Shown: piece after piece, positions 25,426 to 32,851 of the stretch
How positions within the stretch are numbered: the first letter of the stretch is position 1
Layout: each line of letters begins with the position of its first letter
Assembly (NCBI GenBank): GCA_964457185.1
Contig: CAYWEQ010000011.1
Coordinates: 1-33,870 of the forward strand
Source of the DNA: an uncultured Rikenellaceae bacterium
Lineage (GTDB): Bacteria > Bacteroidota > Bacteroidia > Bacteroidales > VadinHA17
DNA length: 33,870 nucleotides
Reading direction: 5' to 3'
Translations under genes and position numbers: made by a program
Notes under the pieces: generated by a model
What the model was told of the DNA's origin: nothing
Databases searched by the model: none
What the model saw: the letters and a program-made list of their open reading frames with translations, nothing else

Positions 25426-26526
25426 ATGGCAAAAGGCAGCAACCGGCTTGTTTCGCTTGATATATTCAGGGGATTAACAATCGCCTTCATGATTATAGTG
25501 AACACCCCAGGTAGCTGGAATTATGTTTATCCTCCCCTTAGCCATGCAAAATGGCATGGATGCACTCCCACCGATCTTGTTTTTCCTTTCTTCCTTTTCA
25601 TCGTGGGCGTCTCAATGTGGTATTCTTTTAAGAAGTATGGACATGAGATCAACACCGGATCACTGCTGAGAATACTCAGGCGGACAATTGCCATTTTTGC
25701 TGTTGGTATTTTCCTGGCAATATTCCCTTACTTCAACAGGGACTATTCAACACTCAGGATAATGGGAGTCCTCCAGAGGATTGCTGTTGCTTATGGCATA
25801 GGAGCTGTCATCTGCCTGGCAGTCAGACGTGAATATCTCTGGATTGTCACAGCCATTCTCCTGGTTCTCTACTGGGCACTGCTGGCATTATTCGGCGGAC
25901 CAGAACCATACAGCCTTGAAGGAAATCTTGTGCAGAAGGTTGATGCTGCAATACTTGGAACAAACCATCTGTACAGGGGATACGGAGTGCCTTTTGACCC
26001 TGAGGGATTGCTGAGTACACTGCCGGCAATAGGTACTGTCTTGATCGGGTATTTCATTGGCGAAATACTTGGCAAAGAAACACCATCAGGCAGAACAGTT
26101 TTAAAGCTCCTCCTGTTTGGAGTTGCATCAGCCGGGCTGGGTCTTTTATGGGGCCTTGTCTTCCCGGTCAATAAACCGATATGGACAAGTTCATATGTGC
26201 TCTATACGGCAGGCTGGGCAATGGCAGTACTGGCTGTTATTTATTATCTTGCTGACGTTCTTAGATTCCAGAAATGGGGACTTTTTTTTATGGTATTCGG
26301 CATGAACGCCCTGTTCTCTTTCGTTCTTGCCGGAATATGGACACGATTGATGTATTTCATTAAAATACAGGAGAATACAAGCCTTTATTCATGGTTTTAT
26401 GAAAAGATTTGCATTCCGGTCGCAGGAAATATGAACGGAAGCCTTATGTTTGCATTGATACAGATGTTACTGATATGGGTGATCGCATTAATATTGTATA
26501 AAAAGAAGATATTGATAAGACTTTAG
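25426..26526 (+). CDS. HGSNAT-like (DUF1624/DUF5009) multi-pass membrane acyl/acetyltransferase
   Basis: RLVSLDIFRGLTIAFMIIVNTPGSW...LSHAKWHGCTPTDLVFPFFLFIVGVSM resembles the heparan-alpha-glucosaminide N-acetyltransferase core, including the conserved His. The protein has about 11 hydrophobic segments. ATG at 25426 is preferred over TTG at 25420. Confidence 0.75.
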   Translation: MAKGSNRLVSLDIFRGLTIAFMIIVNTPGSWNYVYPPLSHAKWHGCTPTDLVFPFFLFIVGVSMWYSFKKYGHEINTGSLLRILRRTIAIFAVGIFLAIFPYFNRDYSTLRIMGVLQRIAVAYGIGAVICLAVRREYLWIVTAILLVLYWALLALFGGPEPYSLEGNLVQKVDAAILGTNHLYRGYGVPFDPEGLLSTLPAIGTVLIGYFIGEILGKETPSGRTVLKLLLFGVASAGLGLLWGLVFPVNKPIWTSSYVLYTAGWAMAVLAVIYYLADVLRFQKWGLFFMVFGMNALFSFVLAGIWTRLMYFIKIQENTSLYSWFYEKICIPVAGNMNGSLMFALIQMLLIWVIALILYKKKILIRL

Positions 26527-26566
26527 CGGTACAACGGTACAATGGTGCAATGGTACAATGGCATAT
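26527..26566. repeat. Tandem 8-bp repeat (CGGTACAA family), about 4.5 units, starting at the first base after the HGSNAT-like gene's TAG
   Basis: Read directly: cggtacaa cggtacaa tggtgcaa tggtacaa tggcatat. Confidence 0.9.
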
Positions 26567-26612
26567 AGACAGTGCAACTCGGTGATAAACTCCGTGGTTA
26601 AAAGATAAAAGC

Positions 26613-27647
26613 ATGACTGAAATTGAAATAATATCAGAAGGTTACAAAGAGCTGTTCGGCGGTTCAGATATTATGACCACACCTCTTCCGAGATCAGGTT
26701 CCGACAGGAGATATTTCAGAATAGAAGAAGGCAGTAAAAGTATCATCGGAGCCTATAATCCCAACCTGGAGGAAAACGAAGCATTTGTGGGATTCACTAA
26801 CCATTTCATTACCAAAAGCCTTCCTGTACCGGAAATTTACGGATACCTTCCCGGTAAATTTGTTTATTACCTGAAGGATCTTGGTGACACGAACCTGTAC
26901 ACATGGCTTCATGGCAGAAGTGATATCTCAAACTTCAATTCAGAAACGAAAGAACTCTACCGTAAAATAATTGATACTCTGATCTTGTTTCAGACCCAAG
27001 GTATAAAAGGGCTTAATCTTGATCTCTGTTACCCGCACCGGAGCTTTGACCGCCAGTCAATGATGTGGGATCTTAATTATTTCAAGTACATGCTGCTGAA
27101 GCTTCTGGCAGTTCCTTTTAATGAACGCAGCCTTGAGCAGGACTTTGTCTCTCTGGCCGATTACCTGCTTGAAACGGGACAGGACTATTTCCTTTACAGG
27201 GACTTTCAGACAGCTAATATAATGGTAATCGGGAATGAGCCATGGTTCATTGATTACCAGGGCGGCAGGAAAGGAGCTCCCCAGTACGATGTTGCCTCCC
27301 TGTTGTACGATGCAAAAATCCCGATGCTGCAGGCTGACAGGGATGAGATCCTCGATTATTATATTGAGAAATTCTGTCAGATATCACATGAGGATAAGAC
27401 GAAATTCAGAGGCTATTATGCCGGCTTCAGCATGATAAGGGTGATGCAGGCGCTGGGAGCTTTCGGCTTCAGAGGCCTGTATGAGCAGAAACCAACATTC
27501 ACCGAAAGCATAGTACCGGGTGTCAGTCTGCTGACACAGATCATGCTTCTGGCTGAAAGCCATATTACACTGCCTGAATTATACCATACAGTCAGATCGA
27601 TCCCTGAATCGCAAATATTTCAACGACTTTCTTTAGAGCATCATTAA
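26613..27647 (+). CDS. amgK: Anomeric MurNAc/GlcNAc kinase (aminoglycoside phosphotransferase fold)
   Basis: The APH-type catalytic loop is YRDFQTANIMV with IDYQGG. The gene lies immediately upstream of a MurU-type nucleotidyltransferase, as in the Pseudomonas amgK-murU pair. Confidence 0.75.
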   Translation: MTEIEIISEGYKELFGGSDIMTTPLPRSGSDRRYFRIEEGSKSIIGAYNPNLEENEAFVGFTNHFITKSLPVPEIYGYLPGKFVYYLKDLGDTNLYTWLHGRSDISNFNSETKELYRKIIDTLILFQTQGIKGLNLDLCYPHRSFDRQSMMWDLNYFKYMLLKLLAVPFNERSLEQDFVSLADYLLETGQDYFLYRDFQTANIMVIGNEPWFIDYQGGRKGAPQYDVASLLYDAKIPMLQADRDEILDYYIEKFCQISHEDKTKFRGYYAGFSMIRVMQALGAFGFRGLYEQKPTFTESIVPGVSLLTQIMLLAESHITLPELYHTVRSIPESQIFQRLSLEHH

Positions 27648-27657
27648 ATTTTGTCGA

Positions 27658-28374
27658 ATGAAGGCAATGATCCTTGCAGCCGGAAAAGGCACACGGCTTG
27701 GAAAAATTACTGATAATATTCCAAAGGTGCTTCTTGAAGTGAACGGGAAGAGTCTCCTTCGTCTTGCTGTTGAGAATTGTTCAGCCTATGGATTTGAAGA
27801 CATCATCATCAATGTGCATCACCTGGCAGATATGGTTGAGGATGAAATAGAAAGGCTGATCAGGGATGGATTTAAAATTACTGTATCGGACGAAAGGGAT
27901 ATGCTCCTTGAAACTGGCGGCGGGCTCTTCAAGGCCAGGGATTTTTTTGATACCAATCCATTCCTTTTATATAATGCTGATACAATTACTGACCTGGACC
28001 TTTCTGTGTTGTACCGGCATCACCTGAAAATGAAGGGACTGGCAACACTTGCTGTCAGGAACCGCGAAGGGAAAAGGTATCTTCTCATTGATAAGGAAGG
28101 CTTGATGAAAGGCTGGTGCAACAAAGTGACAGGAGAAAGAATTATTGCATGTGAGGAAACGGAAGATCTATCAGAAATAGCTTTTTCAGGAAGACATATC
28201 ATTGAGCCCGAAATATTCAATTACATGAGTGATGGTGTTTATACCATGACAGCACTATATCTTCACCTGGCAGAATCACACAAAATCTTCACCTACAGGG
28301 AGGACGGAGGTTACTGGATTACTGTAGGTACTCCCGAAGACGTGGAAAATGCAAGGGAATTCTTCAGAAAATAA
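27658..28374 (+). CDS. murU: MurNAc-alpha-1-phosphate uridylyltransferase (sugar nucleotidyltransferase fold)
   Basis: The N-terminal motif is MKAMILAAGKGTRLG, and the 238-aa size fits. It lies 10 nt downstream of amgK. Confidence 0.75.
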   Translation: MKAMILAAGKGTRLGKITDNIPKVLLEVNGKSLLRLAVENCSAYGFEDIIINVHHLADMVEDEIERLIRDGFKITVSDERDMLLETGGGLFKARDFFDTNPFLLYNADTITDLDLSVLYRHHLKMKGLATLAVRNREGKRYLLIDKEGLMKGWCNKVTGERIIACEETEDLSEIAFSGRHIIEPEIFNYMSDGVYTMTALYLHLAESHKIFTYREDGGYWITVGTPEDVENAREFFRK

Positions 28375-28423
28375 ATCCGCAATCCGCTATCCGCAATCCG
28401 AAATCCGAAATCCGGAATCCGAA
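28375..28423. repeat. Tandem 7-bp repeat (ATCCGNN), 7 units, filling the convergent murU/trkH intergenic gap and starting at the first base after the murU TAA
   Basis: Read directly: atccgca atccgct atccgca atccgaa atccgaa atccgga atccgaa. ATCCG recurs at an exact 7-nt period. Confidence 0.9.
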
Positions 28424-28427
28424 ATTT

Positions 28428-29873
28428 CTAGATTTTCCAGAACGACCTGCTGAAGAGCGCAAATCCCGTGATGATCTCCAGCCTTCCTAATATCATAAGA
28501 AGGCTCAGGACTATTTTGCTAAGTTCAGGCATATGGGCATAATTGCTCATGGGTCCTGCTGTACCCAGTCCCGGACCTATTCCGGCCATGCAGGTTGCAA
28601 CTGAACTTGCTGAAGTTACGGGATCGATGCCTGTAATAACAACAATGATGGTACCTGCTATAAAAATGAAAAGATAGAGTACAACGAAAGAGATTATGGT
28701 GTTATTTATGTTTTCCGTCACCAGCCTTCCGCTAAGCCTGATTGATGCAAGTGCCCTGGGGTGGGCCAATTTTATAAAAACACTTTTTATGTTTTTCAGC
28801 ACTATCAGGTGTCTTGCCATTTTTATCCCGCCGCTAGTTGATCCGGTCATCCCGCCGGCAAACATCAGGATAAATATCAGAACAAGACCGGCTGAAGGCC
28901 AGAAAAGATAATCTGTCGTTGCAAATCCGGTGCAGGTTATGATCGAAACGATCTGAAAATAGCCTTCCCTGAATGCTTCTTCAAAGGTGCGTGTGGAACT
29001 GGAATGAAGGATAATAGTCGCTATTGCTCCTGCAATGATGACAATAGTTATGAAAAACCACAATTCCTCGTTCTGTCTTACCTTCCTGAAATTGAATTTA
29101 AACAGATAATAGTATACAACCTGGCTTGTCCCTGCAAGCAGCATGAATATCATTACCACATACTGGCTGTAATCTGAATAAAATTGAATACTGTTATTCC
29201 TTGTTGAGAAACCTCCCGTTGCGATTGTCCCGAATGAGTGACAGACACTGTCAAACAGGGTCATATCACCCAGCCACAACAGAATAATTTCCGCAAGAGT
29301 GAGCCCCAGGTAAATTAACATCACTCTGAATCCGACAGCCTGTGTTTTTGGATGAATCTTTTCCTTCAATGAGGATTCAAGGCTGAATAACTGGTATCCT
29401 GATACTTTGAGCGAGGGCAGGATAATGATTACCAGCACAATTATTCCAAGGCCTCCTATCCAGTGAGTCAGGCTTCGGTAGAACAGAATTGAATACGGAA
29501 GGATCTCAACATCAGTTAGTATTGATGCTCCGGTGGTTGTAAATCCTGATGTTGATTCAAATAAAGCATTGATGAAAGATGAAATTGTGCCGCTGATAAG
29601 GTATGGCAACGATCCGAACAAGGTAAGAGTAATCCACGACAGAGTGACTGCCAGGTACCCGTCCCGCATGGTAATTTTGTTCGTGTCAGCTTTTGTGCTC
29701 GCAATACTGAAAACCAGGTAAATGAATAAGGTTATCAGGGATGACAGTAAAAAAGGAGATGACTCCTCTTTATATATCAGTGCAACCGGAATACATAACA
29801 GGAATGAGATAGTTTCGATCAGAAGAATTATACTCAGGATCCTGAGTATGATCAAAGGATTGATAAGCTTCAT
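28428..29873 (-). CDS. trkH: TrkH/KtrB-family K+ transporter membrane subunit, paralogue 1
   Basis: Four P-loop-like motifs are present: FTTTGAS, ATGGFST, TCTGFAT and GSTSGGIKMARH. The protein is multi-TM. Confidence 0.88.
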   Translation of the reverse strand: MKLINPLIILRILSIILLIETISFLLCIPVALIYKEESSPFLLSSLITLFIYLVFSIASTKADTNKITMRDGYLAVTLSWITLTLFGSLPYLISGTISSFINALFESTSGFTTTGASILTDVEILPYSILFYRSLTHWIGGLGIIVLVIIILPSLKVSGYQLFSLESSLKEKIHPKTQAVGFRVMLIYLGLTLAEIILLWLGDMTLFDSVCHSFGTIATGGFSTRNNSIQFYSDYSQYVVMIFMLLAGTSQVVYYYLFKFNFRKVRQNEELWFFITIVIIAGAIATIILHSSSTRTFEEAFREGYFQIVSIITCTGFATTDYLFWPSAGLVLIFILMFAGGMTGSTSGGIKMARHLIVLKNIKSVFIKLAHPRALASIRLSGRLVTENINNTIISFVVLYLFIFIAGTIIVVITGIDPVTSASSVATCMAGIGPGLGTAGPMSNYAHMPELSKIVLSLLMILGRLEIITGFALFSRSFWKI

Positions 29874-29933
29874 ACACCCCGGTTAAAAAGCCGGGTACAA
29901 ATATAAACATATATTGGGACTTAAAGTCATTTG

Positions 29934-29954
29934 CTCCCGCGTCCTCGGTCCTCG
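29934..29954. repeat. Short tandem 7-bp repeat (GTCCTCG x2 plus one degenerate unit) between the two trkH paralogues
   Basis: Read directly: ctcccgc gtcctcg gtcctcg. It lies about 30 nt downstream of the paralogue-2 stop on the minus strand. Confidence 0.6.
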
Positions 29955-29985
29955 TAAGCTGAACACCGGTTTCAGGCAGAGCCGA

Positions 29986-31431
29986 TTATAGTCTCCAGAA
30001 CGACCTTGTAAAGAGAACAAAAACCGTTATGATTTCAAGCCTCCCAACTATCATGAGTACGATGAAAACCAGCTTGCTGATTCCCGGGATGTGGGAATAA
30101 TTGCATACCGGCCCCAGGGTCCCGAGTGCCGGACCAACATTACCTAATGTTGCTGCTACACCACTTGCTGAAGTAATGGGATCGAGTCCTGTCAGTATAA
30201 TGATGATTGTACCTGACAGGAAGATGAACAGGTAAATCATTACAAATGAGATTATCGAGGTATTTACTTTTTCCGAAAGAGACAGTCCGTTTAGTTTTAT
30301 TTGTGTGATAACATTCTGGTGAATAAGCTTTTTAAAAACATTCCTGATATTTTTAAGGACAATGAGGTGTCTTGCCATCTTGATACTGCTTGTAGATGAA
30401 CCTGTATTTGCTCCTGCAAATAATAGAATAAATAACAGGATAACACCAGCAGGCGGCCATAATAAATAATCAGCAGTAACATAACCGGTTGTGGTGATAA
30501 TTGAAATGACCTGAAAAAGTCCTTCCCTGAAAACCGGTTCAAAGGGTGCGTTTGATTTTGAAAGTAATATTGCCACGACAATAACCACAGAAATGGTGAT
30601 CGTTCCTAAATAAAACCATAATTCTTCATTATTTTTTACTTTGCTGAACTGCAGTTTTATAATATAATAGTAAGCCACATAGCTGATACCTGATAACAGC
30701 ATAAAAACTGTTATTACATACTGTGTATAGGCAGAGTATTCGGCAATACTTGCATTTCTGGTAGAGAATCCCCCTGTGGCAACTGTTCCGAAAGTATGGC
30801 ATATGCTTTCAAAGAGATTCATTTCTCCAAGATATAGAAAGACAACTTCAGATACTGTAAGTCCGAGATATATAAATAATAACCTGAATCCGATTGCTTT
30901 TGTCTTTGGGTGTATTTTTTCTTTAAGGGATGATTCGAGGACCAATAATTGCTGGGCAGGTATCCTTAGTGAAGGCAGAATGATGATTACCAGAACTATA
31001 ATTCCTAGTCCTCCGATCCAGTGAGTAAAACTTCTCCAGAAAAGAATCGAATACGGAAGGCTTTCAATATCAGTTACTATCGAAGCTCCGGTTGTTGTGA
31101 ATCCGGAAGCTGATTCAAAAAGAGCATCAATGAATGAAGGAATTGTACTGCTGATAAGATATGGCAATGTGCCAATGAGTGAAAAAACAAGCCACGAAAG
31201 GGTTACAGCAAGGTAACTGTCGCGGTTGCTTATTTTAGTTGTATCTGCCTTTCTTGTAACAATCCTTAGAATAATAAATAAAATTCCGGTAATTGCCGAA
31301 GAAAGAATGAATGGGAGCAAAGATTCTTTATAAATGACACCTACCGGCAGGCAGATCATGAATGAGATTGTCTCAATCAGCATAATTGAACTCAGTATCC
31401 TCAGGATTATCAGTGGATTGATCAGCTTCAT
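29986..31431 (-). CDS. trkH: TrkH/KtrB-family transporter membrane subunit, paralogue 2, with a divergent fourth P-loop
   Basis: It is collinear with paralogue 1, with roughly two-thirds of residues identical by eye. P-loops are FTTTGAS, ATGGFST and TTTGYVT, but the fourth reads GSSTSSIKMARH. ATG at 31431 gives MKLINPL, matching paralogue 1; the track's 31440 start is a TTG. Confidence 0.85.
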   Translation of the reverse strand: MKLINPLIILRILSSIMLIETISFMICLPVGVIYKESLLPFILSSAITGILFIILRIVTRKADTTKISNRDSYLAVTLSWLVFSLIGTLPYLISSTIPSFIDALFESASGFTTTGASIVTDIESLPYSILFWRSFTHWIGGLGIIVLVIIILPSLRIPAQQLLVLESSLKEKIHPKTKAIGFRLLFIYLGLTVSEVVFLYLGEMNLFESICHTFGTVATGGFSTRNASIAEYSAYTQYVITVFMLLSGISYVAYYYIIKLQFSKVKNNEELWFYLGTITISVVIVVAILLSKSNAPFEPVFREGLFQVISIITTTGYVTADYLLWPPAGVILLFILLFAGANTGSSTSSIKMARHLIVLKNIRNVFKKLIHQNVITQIKLNGLSLSEKVNTSIISFVMIYLFIFLSGTIIIILTGLDPITSASGVAATLGNVGPALGTLGPVCNYSHIPGISKLVFIVLMIVGRLEIITVFVLFTRSFWRL

Positions 31432-31549
31432 AACCGGCAATATGTGAGTAAAGATAGTCAGAAAAAGTTTTCCCGGATAGAATGAAATGAATGGCAGGTT
31501 ACTTTATTCCGGATCTTAAAAAATCCATTGAATGGTCATTTTTTAATGT

Positions 31550-31557
31550 TATATTTG
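31550..31557 (+). promoter_or_regulatory. Candidate -7 box (TATATTTG) for the polyamine gene pair
   Basis: TAnnTTTG lies about 50 nt upstream of the ATG at 31609. Confidence 0.35.
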
Positions 31558-31608
31558 AGACAAACTGAAGTTTCAGGCTGAACCTTATACTTATCAAAAC
31601 CAGGTTAT

Positions 31609-32802
31609 ATGGGAAGAGTATTGGTCATTGGAGCAGGGGGCGTCGGAACCGTGGTGGTCCATAAAATGGCTTCCCTGCCGGAGGTCTTCAGCGAAATAAT
31701 GCTGGCCAGCCGCACAAAATCAAAATGCGACACCATTGCTGAAAGGATCGGAAAAGATCGGATCCGGACAGCACAGATTGATGCAGATAAGGTCCCGGAA
31801 ATGGTAAAACTGATCAGATCGTATAATCCTGATATTGTGGTCAATGTTGCACTTCCGTACCAGGACCTTCATATAATGGATGCCTGCCTTGAAACCGGTG
31901 TTGCCTATCTCGACACTGCCAATTATGAACCTCTGGAAGAGGCTAAATTTGAATACAGATGGCAGTGGGCATACCAGGAGCAATATCAGAAAGCGGGAAT
32001 AACGGCGATCCTGGGATGCGGTTTTGATCCTGGCGTAACATCAGTATTTACAGCATATGCAGCAAAACATCATTTTGATGAGCTGCATTACCTCGATATT
32101 GTAGACTGCAATGCAGGTGATCACGGAAAACCGTTTGCAACAAATTTCAATCCTGAAATAAATATCCGTGAAGTTACACAGAAAGGTAGGTACTGGGAGA
32201 ACGGCGAATGGGTCCTTACAAAACCTCATCAGATCCATAAGCCTTTGACCTATCCCGGTATTGGTCCGAAAGAATCATACCTCATATATCATGAAGAACT
32301 GGAATCTCTTGTAAAGAATTATCCAACCCTTAAAAGAGCAAGGTTCTGGATGACCTTCGGACAGGAGTATCTGACACATCTTCGGGTAATTCAGAATATA
32401 GGCATGGCTGGTATTGAACCTGTTATGTTCGACGGAAGGGAAATTGTTCCTATAAAGTTCTTGAAAGCAGTACTCCCTGATCCGGGAGAGCTTGGTGAGA
32501 ACTATAAGGGATGGACCTCTATAGGCTGCCGGATTGGAGGGATAAAAGACGGAAAGGGAAAAACATACTACATCTATAATAATTGCAGCCATGAGGCTGC
32601 ATATAAAGAGACAGGGGCTCAGGCAGTGAGTTATACAACTGGAGTCCCGGCTGCTTTAGGTGCAATGATGTACCTGAAAGGAATCTGGAAAAAGCCGGGT
32701 GTATTCAATGTGGAAGAATTTGACCCTGATCCGTTCATGGAACAACTCAATTTACTGGGATTACCCTGGGTGGAACTACATGATGTTGACCTTGAATTAT
32801 AA
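31609..32802 (+). CDS. Carboxynorspermidine/carboxyspermidine dehydrogenase (saccharopine dehydrogenase family)
   Basis: The Rossmann N-terminus is VLVIGAGGVGTVV. The 397-aa size and blocks such as AILGCGFDPGVT and IYHEELESL fit the family. The cognate decarboxylase follows. Confidence 0.85.
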   Translation: MGRVLVIGAGGVGTVVVHKMASLPEVFSEIMLASRTKSKCDTIAERIGKDRIRTAQIDADKVPEMVKLIRSYNPDIVVNVALPYQDLHIMDACLETGVAYLDTANYEPLEEAKFEYRWQWAYQEQYQKAGITAILGCGFDPGVTSVFTAYAAKHHFDELHYLDIVDCNAGDHGKPFATNFNPEINIREVTQKGRYWENGEWVLTKPHQIHKPLTYPGIGPKESYLIYHEELESLVKNYPTLKRARFWMTFGQEYLTHLRVIQNIGMAGIEPVMFDGREIVPIKFLKAVLPDPGELGENYKGWTSIGCRIGGIKDGKGKTYYIYNNCSHEAAYKETGAQAVSYTTGVPAALGAMMYLKGIWKKPGVFNVEEFDPDPFMEQLNLLGLPWVELHDVDLEL

Positions 32803-32842
32803 CGGCACAGCGGTACAACGGTACAACGGTACAAAGGCAAAA
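32803..32842. repeat. Tandem 8-bp repeat (CGGTACAA family), 3 perfect units plus 2 degenerate ones, starting at the first base after the dehydrogenase TAA and ending 10 nt before the nspC GTG
   Basis: Read directly: cggcacag cggtacaa cggtacaa cggtacaa aggcaaaa. Confidence 0.9.
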
Positions 32843-32851
32843 GGAACTATA

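Noticed and set aside
26527-26566. The tandem repeat arrays (also 28375-28423 and 32803-32842) considered as CRISPR arrays
   Set aside because: The units are 7-8 bp with no spacers, and no cas genes or leader are present. These are microsatellite-like tandem repeats.
29877-29895. The hairpin CCCGG-ttaaaaag-CCGGG just upstream of the trkH-1 start, considered as an intrinsic terminator for trkH-2
   Set aside because: The stem is only 5 bp, no U-tract follows on the minus strand, and it ends 4 nt before the trkH-1 ATG. It is at most a weak structure. A similar 5-bp CTGAA/TTCAG hairpin at 29959-29975 was rejected for the same reason.
32631-32840. A minus-strand ORF (MPLYRCTVVPLCRYNS...) that translates the octamer array
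   Set aside because: It is antisense to the well-supported dehydrogenase gene. Its repetitive N-terminus is simply the translated repeat.
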